Shown piece by piece: positions 36,433 to 44,269 of a stretch of DNA of 64,000 nucleotides. The translations under genes and the position numbers were made by a program. The stretch is taken from the IMG/VR virus record IMGVR_UViG_3300024331_000070, positions 3,615 to 67,614 of that record; one strand, written 5' to 3'. This DNA is from a virus. Taxonomy: Duplodnaviria; Caudoviricetes. The stretch's first letter is position 1; the number at the start of each line of letters is the position of its first letter. A model generated the notes under the pieces. It worked only from the letters and a program-made list of their open reading frames with translations, was not told the origin of the DNA and searched no databases.

Positions 36433-37064
36433 GGCACCGCATGCTGTCCGAGGTGGCAGACTTCCTTGGTAAGGTCGAGGTCGCACCACACCTTGAGGCC
36501 GGCCTTCTCCGCCTGGTCGCAGAAGTGCCAGTCCTCGGTCCCGAAATCATTCGGCTCGTAATGCCGCTTGAACCACGGGCGCTTGATGGTGAAGAACACG
36601 CGGCGGCGCACCAGCAGCAGACCGAGACCGAGCATGCGGTACGGTGCCAGCCCGGAACCGGTCGGTTCGAACCCGGTGTCAGGATGACCAATGATGCTGT
36701 AGGGAGGCGCCCGCTTGCGGTAGTCCGCGCCGACGATATCCTTGTCGTGCGCAATCAGGCGGTCGAGCGCATTGCCTGGAAAGGTCATGTCGGAGTCGAT
36801 GAACAGCACCCAGTCGGCGCCGTGCTCGATCACGATCTTGGCTGTCTCATTACGGGACTGCGCAGGGTCCTGTCCGCTGCGAAACGCCGGCATCAGGTTT
36901 GCGCTGCGTGTCGCGATTCCCATGCAGAACAGCGAAAAGGCGGTCATCAGCTGAACCTGGTCGCCCGCCGGCACACAAACCGCCGCGATCGGCTTGTCGG
37001 TCGGCGGGCGCGCGACCCATTGGCCCTGGGTCAGCACCTTGCCGTCGTAGTCATGGGGCTTCAT
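36408..37064 (-). CDS. GT-A fold (GT2-like) glycosyltransferase
   Basis: QSRNE...ADWVLFIDSDMTF (DxD), GLGLLLVRRRVF, GTEDWHFC. Confidence 0.8.
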   Translation of the reverse strand: MKPHDYDGKVLTQGQWVARPPTDKPIAAVCVPAGDQVQLMTAFSLFCMGIATRSANLMPAFRSGQDPAQSRNETAKIVIEHGADWVLFIDSDMTFPGNALDRLIAHDKDIVGADYRKRAPPYSIIGHPDTGFEPTGSGLAPYRMLGLGLLLVRRRVFFTIKRPWFKRHYEPNDFGTEDWHFCDQAEKAGLKVWCDLDLTKEVCHLGQHAVPWDIPGSA

Positions 37065-37127
37065 GCCGGTTCCTTTATGAAAGCCGGCATGAATAGTCTC
37101 GGCGCTTGCCGATAACTTGCCAGCTAG

Positions 37128-37742
37128 TTAGAGCGGCCACTCCGCCCAGTCGAGCGCCGGCACCATCGCCTGCGTCTGGACAGGGTTAGACCAATAATGC
37201 GCGACGGCGCCCTGGCCGAGGATGAGCTTGCCGTCGAAGTCGTAGTGGTTGCTGTCGGCGGTGTCCGCGGTGGTCTGGATCTGGAACATCGGCCACAGCA
37301 CGGTGATGGCAGTGATGGTAGCGGATGAATAGAGCTTCGCCTGATTGACGCCGCCGCCGCCGATCAGGCCAGCGACCACGGTCGAGGTGATCTGGGTCGT
37401 CGCGGTCGGGGTCTGGACGTTGCAGGCAAGACCCACGGTTCCGATGACCGAGGTGGTGCCGAGCATGCCGAGGTCGGCGCTGATGATCTCGACGTTGACG
37501 CCGGACCCGAGCGGGTTGGCGAGCAGAAATGTCGTCGAGGTGGTGGAATCACGGGCAAGCGTGACACCGGCCGCAGCCGACGCGCCGTGGAAGACGCGAC
37601 CGCGATATGCGGCGGTGTACCACTTCCCGTGGAGTTCGGCGACGATGCCCTCGGCCGCCTTGCCGCCGAGCTGGTAGGGGGTGGCGCCATCAGCATTTGA
37701 AGTGGTGGACGGTGCCCCGACTTGGACTTGATTGATAGCCAT
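37128..37742 (-). CDS. Putative capsid decoration protein
   Basis: 204 aa, beta/Thr-rich, downstream of the capsid genes. Confidence 0.6.
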   Translation of the reverse strand: MAINQVQVGAPSTTSNADGATPYQLGGKAAEGIVAELHGKWYTAAYRGRVFHGASAAAGVTLARDSTTSTTFLLANPLGSGVNVEIISADLGMLGTTSVIGTVGLACNVQTPTATTQITSTVVAGLIGGGGVNQAKLYSSATITAITVLWPMFQIQTTADTADSNHYDFDGKLILGQGAVAHYWSNPVQTQAMVPALDWAEWPL

Positions 37743-37806
37743 GGATCGATTCCTTTGTGGCTGGGAATCGCGCGATGGCCCTTCGTTGCTGCGAAGAGGT
37801 ACGGAT

Positions 37807-37868
37807 TTACAACTCGGTTACAACTGAAACCCTTACTCTGAAGGCGTACAAGATCGAGGCTTACAACG
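37807..37868. promoter_or_regulatory. Direct repeats, candidate protein-binding sites
   Basis: TTACAACT at 37807 and 37818 (11-bp period) and TTACAACG at 37861, in an AT-richer intergenic gap. Confidence 0.3.
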
Positions 37869-38208
37869 AGCCCGTCGAGAGGTTGGTATCCCACGCCGCA
37901 TCGGCGCGGAGTTGATCGAGGTCCGGTATGCTCTTTGGACCATCAAACACGAGAGCCGCCGCAATGCGCGACAGCAATTCCGTCATCACACGCAGTTCAC
38001 AGAGAATGGCGTTCTGCGGCGGCATGCCGGCGCCGTCTGCCACCGTGATCGGATTGATGGTGACCTGCGCCCATGTCGGGGGCGCAGAGGCGCCAAATCC
38101 CGGCATCAGGGTCGGGATGCCGTCCGTGGTGTCGATGAAGGGGACGCCATCGGCGTTGATCGGGCCGATGGTATATGCGGGAGGTCCCGCGGGATTGGCA
38201 GCTGCCAT
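37861..38208 (-). CDS. Hypothetical virion-region protein
   Basis: 115-aa ORF with GGAGAG ribosome site. Confidence 0.6.
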   Translation of the reverse strand: MAAANPAGPPAYTIGPINADGVPFIDTTDGIPTLMPGFGASAPPTWAQVTINPITVADGAGMPPQNAILCELRVMTELLSRIAAALVFDGPKSIPDLDQLRADAAWDTNLSTGSL

Positions 38209-38220
38209 GGTGCTCTCCTG

Positions 38221-38868
38221 TTATCGGCCGCCCATCGGGGCGGCTGCGCCGCGGCGGACGCTGGGACCGGCGTGGCCGCCGGGGATCGAGGTGGCGATTC
38301 TGGTTTCCCCCGGCATGCGTTGGCCCATGTCCGAGACCTTGGCGCCGAGGATCGGTGGTGCCTTGCCCTGGCCGGCCTTGACGAAGTTGTGGCCCATTTC
38401 CGGAAGAGCGAGATTGAGGCCGTTGACGCCCTCGCGCCGGGCCTTGAGCTCGATCGCGAGCTTCCTGATGGCCCGCTGCTTGTCCTCTTTCGAGAGCTTC
38501 GCGTATTCGGGCTGGCCGTCGAGCATCGTCGCGGCCTCCAGGAGGTCACCCGAAACGAGCTGCACCTTGTCGACCGGCAGGCTCTCCTGCCAGGCGATGT
38601 AGCGCAGCGCCGCGGCGCGGTTGAGCGGCATCAACTGATCGTTCGGGGGCAGATGCCCCACCACGATCGAGCCCTCCGGGTAATAGGTGCCCTGCACCCC
38701 ACCGCCGTAAAAGCCGGCGGACAGGCATTCGTAGCAGGGCTCCCGCTCCTGGAAGATGCGGCCATTGGGGCTGCCGTCGTCGTCGCGCATGGCGAAGACC
38801 TCCGGCAGGTGGGAGAACTGCGTGCCCGCCAGCGGGTCACGGTCCTCCCGATCCAGCTTGGCGTTCAT
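38221..38868 (-). CDS. Hypothetical virion-region protein
   Basis: 215-aa ORF coupled to the cement gene. Confidence 0.7.
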   Translation of the reverse strand: MNAKLDREDRDPLAGTQFSHLPEVFAMRDDDGSPNGRIFQEREPCYECLSAGFYGGGVQGTYYPEGSIVVGHLPPNDQLMPLNRAAALRYIAWQESLPVDKVQLVSGDLLEAATMLDGQPEYAKLSKEDKQRAIRKLAIELKARREGVNGLNLALPEMGHNFVKAGQGKAPPILGAKVSDMGQRMPGETRIATSIPGGHAGPSVRRGAAAPMGGR

Positions 38869-39410
38869 CAGTAGTTGCTCGGGTACAGGCCGAGGGCCGG
38901 CTGAGCGGAGCTGTCGCCCAAGTTGATGTAGCTCGTCAGCGTGAGGCCGGTGAAGTTGGACCCGCCCACCGCATAGTTGAGCTTGATGAACCGGGGCAGG
39001 CCCAAACCGACCTGCCGCTTTGGGAGATCGAACTCGAACAGCCTGATCGAGGCGAGGATCGAGGCCAGCGGGATCGGACCGGTCTGGATGTACGTGGTGA
39101 AGGTCAATCCGGCGAGGGTGCCGCCGCCATTGTCCGGAGCCCCTTGCAGGGCGACCGTGAGGCTGGTGGCAACGGCAGGAGTGCCGGACCCGGTAAAGCC
39201 AACCACGCTCGGCGTCCCGAGGCCGCGTCCGCCGCCGAGGTCCTCGCCGAAGTAGGTGGCGTTGCCGATGATGGAATTCGGAGGCACGGTGTAGGTGCCG
39301 CCCGACGTGGTGATCAGGGCACCATTGAGGATGTCGTAGGTGTTGGTCGAATCGGCGGTGGCCGTGATGGCCTGAGCGCTCGAAAAGACGAGGTTCTGGT
39401 CGTTCAGCAT
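38868..39410 (-). CDS. Capsid cement protein (BPP-1 Bbp16-like)
   Basis: MLNDQNLVFSSAQAITATADSTN...LPRFIKLNYAV; directly after the capsid gene. Confidence 0.8.
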   Translation of the reverse strand: MLNDQNLVFSSAQAITATADSTNTYDILNGALITTSGGTYTVPPNSIIGNATYFGEDLGGGRGLGTPSVVGFTGSGTPAVATSLTVALQGAPDNGGGTLAGLTFTTYIQTGPIPLASILASIRLFEFDLPKRQVGLGLPRFIKLNYAVGGSNFTGLTLTSYINLGDSSAQPALGLYPSNY

Positions 39411-39490
39411 GAGGGTTGATCCTTGATCTGAGGGGGAAGGGCCGGGCGCGTCAGGGGGGGCGCCGCGCCCGGCCGGGCCGGACGGCAGCG

Positions 39491-40528
39491 TCAGACGACG
39501 CGCGTCTCGGTATTCAACAAGCTGTCTTGGACTCCGATCGGCACGTTGCGCCAATTGACGATGGGCCGTCCCGCGTAGTCGGTCGGGGATAGCAGCACGT
39601 TCTTGTCGCGGATCGCTTGCACATCCATTGCGGCGCGCACGGTGCGGTCGCAGTACATCTTGAGCCGGATCGCTGGTGCCATCTTGTCCGGCGCGTCGGT
39701 CTTGGTGATGCCCGAGACAGTCCGTCCCGCGGTCGGCAGGCGGACGATGGCGCGAGACAGGATCGCGAAGATGTCCGGAGGCGTCGGACCAAGCAGCCCG
39801 GCCGTGGTGGTGTCGATGTTGCACAGGCGCACGGTGTAGCGCCAGTCCTCGACGACAAGGCCGAGCTGCCACTGGAACAGCGAGGTATAAGCCTCGAAGC
39901 GCAGGTTGCTCGAATCGAACCCGGGCACCACGTCACCCTTGTCCTCGAAGACGAGACCGCCCTTCGAGCCCTTGGGATAGATGCCGTAAGCGGTAGAGTC
40001 ACCCCAGCCGATCATCCAGATCGAGGCATTGCTCGATCCGGTGCCGCCGCAGTCGAACACGTTGACGGCGTTCTGTGCGGTCGCCTGGGTGACCGTATTG
40101 AAGTACGGGCTCCAGCCCGTGAACTGTTCCGGCGTGGTCCAGGTGTTGCCGTAGACGAGCGTGGTCGATTGCTGCTGGGACAGGCCCTCCATGTGGGACA
40201 CGTCCTCTTTCTCGCGCTGGACGCTCTCCTGTCCGCCGAGCTTGCAGAGCTCCTTGTCAACCTGCGAGTAATCGCGCAGGAGCGACATGCCGAACTCGAG
40301 CTGCGCCGCGTTCGACTTGGTGTAGTTGGTGCCCTGGTAGTAACGGATGTAGCTGCCCTTGGGCAGCGAGGTCCGCACCGTGGTCACATGCGAGGTGAGG
40401 CCGTTCGCCTCCACCATCGGCATGTCGTCGACCATTTCGTTGCATTGCGACAGCAACTCCGCCATGTCGGAAATCTTGCCGTCGGGGTCCATGCGGCGGC
40501 CGATGTCCGCCAAGGTGAGAAAGGCCAT
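39491..40528 (-). CDS. Major capsid protein (BPP-1-like HK97 fold)
   Basis: AELLSQCNEMVDDMPMVEAN...TTVRTSLP...DWRYTVRLCNID...VPIGVQDSLLNTETRVV. Confidence 0.92.
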   Translation of the reverse strand: MAFLTLADIGRRMDPDGKISDMAELLSQCNEMVDDMPMVEANGLTSHVTTVRTSLPKGSYIRYYQGTNYTKSNAAQLEFGMSLLRDYSQVDKELCKLGGQESVQREKEDVSHMEGLSQQQSTTLVYGNTWTTPEQFTGWSPYFNTVTQATAQNAVNVFDCGGTGSSNASIWMIGWGDSTAYGIYPKGSKGGLVFEDKGDVVPGFDSSNLRFEAYTSLFQWQLGLVVEDWRYTVRLCNIDTTTAGLLGPTPPDIFAILSRAIVRLPTAGRTVSGITKTDAPDKMAPAIRLKMYCDRTVRAAMDVQAIRDKNVLLSPTDYAGRPIVNWRNVPIGVQDSLLNTETRVV

Positions 40529-40608
40529 AGTTCAACTCCTGGAATCGCGGCTGCGCCGCGCGAGGAGTCGCGTCAGGGAAGTCTTTCGTTGCTGCGAAAG
40601 GGTGAGGT

Positions 40609-41502
40609 CTAGGAGGCCTTGCGGTCCGGCATGTCCTGATACCAACCGCGATTGCCGGGGCCTTTGACGACCGGCGCCTTTGCCCGGGCGGCGACCATTC
40701 CATCTTCGGCTTTGTCGAGACTGAGCAATTCGCCGAACTTGTTCATCAGCCAGATCATGTCCCGGTTATTGCCGAGGCCGGTGTGATCCAGCACCTTCAG
40801 GAACCGTTCACGTCGCTCCTCTGGCATGTACCGCTCGATGACGGCCTTGCCCAGCGTCAGCGTGGTCTCGGCGCGGTTGCCGCCAACTTCGGGATCAGCG
40901 CGAAAGTCCGCCTTTTCCTTCTCGTTGTACTTCAACCACACATCCATCTGATGCTGCGCCGTGGCTTCGGCGATGCGCTTGGCTTCCGACACATAGAGTT
41001 CGGTCAGAGCCTTGCCTCTCGCCTTGGCGTCGAGCTTGCCGTCATTGACGATATCGAGGAACGCCTTGCTCTCTTTCTCGCCGAGCTTGATGTCGGCCGG
41101 CAGATTGAGGTCTTCGATGGTCGCCATCACCGGAGGCTGCAGCGCAGCGTCGGCGGTCTTGGCCGGGTCGGGCACCTTGGAAGCGTCGTCCTTGGCAGGT
41201 TCCTTGGCCTTGGGCTCCTCTTTCGGGGAGTCCTTGGTTTCGGCTTTTGGTTCTGCGGGCTTTGCTTCCTCGGCCGGAGCCGGCTTTTCCTCGGCAGGCT
41301 TGGCCTCGGCTGTCGCCTCGGCCTTGGGCTTGCCTTCCGCCGCGCTCAGGAGGCTCGGCGTGGATTCTGTCTTGGCGGCATCGGCTGCTGGTGCCGATGC
41401 TTCTGCGACAACTGCTGCCGCTTCTACTGCCGGCGTGACGGCTTCAGTTACGGGCGCGGCCTCGGTAACGGGCGATGCGGCTTGCGTCGTCGCTTCAGTC
41501 AT
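40609..41502 (-). CDS. Capsid scaffolding protein
   Basis: Long Ala/Glu/Pro-rich N-terminus, DPEVGG, HTGLGNN; upstream of the capsid gene. Confidence 0.82.
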   Translation of the reverse strand: MTEATTQAASPVTEAAPVTEAVTPAVEAAAVVAEASAPAADAAKTESTPSLLSAAEGKPKAEATAEAKPAEEKPAPAEEAKPAEPKAETKDSPKEEPKAKEPAKDDASKVPDPAKTADAALQPPVMATIEDLNLPADIKLGEKESKAFLDIVNDGKLDAKARGKALTELYVSEAKRIAEATAQHQMDVWLKYNEKEKADFRADPEVGGNRAETTLTLGKAVIERYMPEERRERFLKVLDHTGLGNNRDMIWLMNKFGELLSLDKAEDGMVAARAKAPVVKGPGNRGWYQDMPDRKAS

Positions 41503-41512
41503 TCATCAATCC

Positions 41513-41953
41513 TCATGCCAGTGGCTTCGGCTCGGTGCCCGGTGCAGGCAAGTCAAAGCCCTGCATCCTGACCCCGATATCGTCGTCTTCCCGCTGGCGG
41601 TTGCGTTCCTCGCGGCGGCGCACCTCGTTGAGGCGGTCCTCTTCCGCGCGCTGTTCGTCCATCATCTTCACGTAGAGTTCGGACGAGACAGTCATGACGG
41701 CGAGCATCAGTTGCTTGCCGATGTTCTCTTCCCCGAGAGCATAGGCGGTCACGTCTGCCTGCCCTGGCGCAAATGGGCTGGAGTAGATGTGGCACCGTGA
41801 CAGCAGCCTGTGCATCCAGGCGCGGCCGGTCTTCCGCATCATGATCGACCGCAGCACGTCGGCGTCTTCTCGGGCCTTGCGTGCCTCGTCGCGCTTGGCG
41901 TTGGCCTCGGCTGCAGGGTCGGTGGCGTCGTAGGGCTCGGGGGTGTCAGCCAT
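41513..41953 (-). CDS. Bbp19-like protein
   Basis: VLRSIM.RKTGRAWMHRLL.RC....SPF...TAYALGEENIG. Confidence 0.75.
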   Translation of the reverse strand: MADTPEPYDATDPAAEANAKRDEARKAREDADVLRSIMMRKTGRAWMHRLLSRCHIYSSPFAPGQADVTAYALGEENIGKQLMLAVMTVSSELYVKMMDEQRAEEDRLNEVRRREERNRQREDDDIGVRMQGFDLPAPGTEPKPLA

Positions 41954-42185
41954 ACGACCCGTCGTGCGTCGCATCCTTCCACGCTTTGGAATGGCAGGAA
42001 GGACAAACAAACGTATAGGTATCGGCAGCGCCAGACGGGCCGTCGCCGCGGACCGCCATCCAACGATGCGCCTGCTTTACTTTCCAGGCCTGCTCAAAAT
42101 CGCAGGTATTGGTGTGCAACACTTCACCACATTCGCACTTCAGCACAATCTCGGCGTTCATGCGCCCCTCTTCATCGCCGACCAC
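41946..42185 (-). CDS. Small zinc-binding hypothetical protein
   Basis: CECG and CPSC motifs. Confidence 0.5.
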   Translation of the reverse strand: MVGDEEGRMNAEIVLKCECGEVLHTNTCDFEQAWKVKQAHRWMAVRGDGPSGAADTYTFVCPSCHSKAWKDATHDGSYG

Positions 42186-42520
42186 GCATCGAATACCTTG
42201 ATCATCCGGTATTCGTTCGTGTAGCCCGTGATGATCATCCAGTCGCGGAATCCGGGCAACCCAAGACGAGTTTGCATGTATTCGTGCAGCCGGTCGACCA
42301 GAGGCTTGGCCCGGTCGGCGATGTCCTGCAGCCGGTCACCGAAATAACGCACCGCATGGGCGTGGGAGCCGCCATCAGGTATCGCCGCTAGTGCTTCGCG
42401 CATCTTCGGTCGCAGGCTCACGGGCACGCCGTCCATCAGCGCCCTGCGGAAGGCGTCATCGGCCCTGCGGTCAATGTGGACGAGGTTGCGCTCGCGAGCG
42501 ACGCGAAACGGAGCGGTCAT
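42158..42520 (-). CDS. Hypothetical protein, paralog of 34613-34975
   Basis: PDGGS...RYFG and PGFRDWMIITGYTNE..M. Confidence 0.65.
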   Translation of the reverse strand: MTAPFRVARERNLVHIDRRADDAFRRALMDGVPVSLRPKMREALAAIPDGGSHAHAVRYFGDRLQDIADRAKPLVDRLHEYMQTRLGLPGFRDWMIITGYTNEYRMIKVFDAWSAMKRGA

Positions 42521-42843
42521 TGGCCAGAGTAGCCCAGTCGTCGGAGTTCGGTGACGATCGCCATGAACAGGCGCGCGGGAATGGTCGCGCTCACATTAAT
42601 TCTCAAGTCTGTGCCGGCGACGCTGATGACGGCGTTCTCGGCCAAGGGCCAGCTTTGAACCATGCGAATAAAATCATTGATGCCATCGCCGTATGCGAAA
42701 TTTGGCCCGAATGCGGCTTTGGCCGCGCAGCCGCCGTTGGTGAAACCATCTATGTAACCGGCGGCCCTGCTTTCTTCCAGCCGTTCTTTGAGCGTCTTGC
42801 GGATTACCTTTGGAGTTTTCTTTGTCATCTTTACGGTCTCCAT
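42517..42843 (-). CDS. Hypothetical protein
   Basis: 108-aa ORF. Confidence 0.55.
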   Translation of the reverse strand: METVKMTKKTPKVIRKTLKERLEESRAAGYIDGFTNGGCAAKAAFGPNFAYGDGINDFIRMVQSWPLAENAVISVAGTDLRINVSATIPARLFMAIVTELRRLGYSGQ

Positions 42844-42854
42844 CGTCGCCCGGT

Positions 42855-42950
42855 CAGCAACGCCCGGCGCGACAGCAGGGGAATCTCGGAGGATTCACCG
42901 GGGACGATGGAGCGGGGAAATCCGCTTCATCGCGCTTGCCCGCGTTGCTG
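42855..42950 (+). ncRNA. Candidate multi-branch structured RNA
   Basis: 9-bp closing helix 42855-42863/42942-42950; 12-bp GAAA-capped hairpin 42905-42932; hairpin 42881-42896. Confidence 0.45.
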
Positions 42951-42970
42951 CGCGGGGGTAATTTTCATCT

Positions 42971-43177
42971 ATGACCGATGAAGAACGCAGGGCTGGCGCG
43001 GCCGAAATTGAAGTTACCTCGCAAATGGTGGAGGCGGGAGCGGCGTGCTTTTACCAGCACGATCCGCGCATATATGACATTGAAGAGGTGGTGACTGCGG
43101 TATTTCGGGCGATGCTGGCTGCTTCTAATTCGGCAGGATCAGTTGCCGCCGGGGCAGCATCAACTTCGGCGTCCTGA
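42971..43177 (+). CDS. Small antisense-oriented protein
   Basis: EIEVTSQMVEAG...VVTAVFRAML pattern seen in phage small proteins. Confidence 0.55.
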   Translation: MTDEERRAGAAEIEVTSQMVEAGAACFYQHDPRIYDIEEVVTAVFRAMLAASNSAGSVAAGAASTSAS

Positions 43178-43613
43178 TGCTGCGCTCCATGGCCTCCAGC
43201 ATCGTCGCCATGTGCGACCACGCCACATCCATGCGGAAGCACGTCGCGAGTTGGCGCATCCCGCCGGCCGCCTGGACCAGGCCTTCCCGGAACCGCTTGC
43301 GGCCCTCGCGCCAGCGCATGGGGTCGCCGCGCATGTCTTCGGTCTGCTTGGCCCGGCTCACGTCATCGATCCCCGCATGCTGGATGGCGATGCGCCGGCA
43401 CTGGTCCAATCGCATGCACAGTCCGCGCCAGCGCTGTGCGCTTTCCGGCTCCTGCCGGATCAGATGCATGCAGGCGTCGGCGGCGAGCTTCAGGCCTTCG
43501 ATGATGCGCTCGTAGGACTCCCGTTCAAGCATGCGGGTGCCTTGGAGAATCGGATCACCGTGGCGATCGACCTCGATGCCTTTGGGCTCGGGCTTGTCGG
43601 CAATGGCGCTCAT
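43125..43613 (-). CDS. Helical hypothetical protein with internal duplication
   Basis: YERIIEGLKLAADACMHL vs RKRFREGLVQAAGGMRQL. Confidence 0.65.
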   Translation of the reverse strand: MSAIADKPEPKGIEVDRHGDPILQGTRMLERESYERIIEGLKLAADACMHLIRQEPESAQRWRGLCMRLDQCRRIAIQHAGIDDVSRAKQTEDMRGDPMRWREGRKRFREGLVQAAGGMRQLATCFRMDVAWSHMATMLEAMERSIRTPKLMLPRRQLILPN

Positions 43614-44083
43614 GAGCGCCTGATCTCGTCGATCTGCCGCTGCAGGTCCGCGATCTGCCGCATCTTGACCATGAGGCCGGGAGGCGGTGCGGGGATCTCC
43701 ATCCAGAAGAACGGTTCGGCACAAGCATGGCCGTTGCTGACCCAGCCCAGCCCGGCCCCCTGAAGCGGAGAGTGTTGCACCAGCATTGCGCCCGCGCGCC
43801 TGCCGTCCGCCCAGCATGCAATGACCGACTGATCCACCGGCGGCGGACTCGCCCTCACATCGAGCCACCCGGCGGAGATATCGAGCGCGGGTCGCGGCGC
43901 TGCGGCTTCATAGGCGGGTGGGCCCGCTGGATTTGCGGGCGGCCCGGCCTGCGGCTTCGCGACCGCCCCAACCGGCCCGACCCACTTGCCCTCTGCCACA
44001 GCCGGCCCGCTGACGAATTTGTGCCCGTCCTGCGCATGTACCGCCTTATGTTCGTAGTCCTCGCCTTGTGCTCTCAGTGCCAT
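43610..44083 (-). CDS. Hypothetical protein
   Basis: GGAGG ribosome site before MALRAQ. Confidence 0.55.
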   Translation of the reverse strand: MALRAQGEDYEHKAVHAQDGHKFVSGPAVAEGKWVGPVGAVAKPQAGPPANPAGPPAYEAAAPRPALDISAGWLDVRASPPPVDQSVIACWADGRRAGAMLVQHSPLQGAGLGWVSNGHACAEPFFWMEIPAPPPGLMVKMRQIADLQRQIDEIRRS

Positions 44084-44269
44084 TAGTGCGCCTCCCCAGG
44101 ATGAAGGGTGTCGTATGGAACCCACATCCCGCCGCCAAGGCCGTGCTGGGCGACACATTCGTGAACAACGCCGTCAATCACCAGAAGTGATCCGATCTTC
44201 GGTAAACGCTTGGATTTCTCTTTCTGGCGTCTCAACTGGTCACGCTTTTTTCTGTTCATTATCGCGCTC

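Noticed and set aside
38868-39872. Programmed -1 frameshift fusing capsid and cement proteins (T7 10B-like)
   Set aside because: The -1 frame is open across the junction, but no slippery heptamer is visible near the capsid stop and open frames are common at this GC content; MS for a fusion would be needed
42870-42920. c-di-GMP-I riboswitch
   Set aside because: Only a loose GGGACG resemblance; the conserved GYAAA elements are missing
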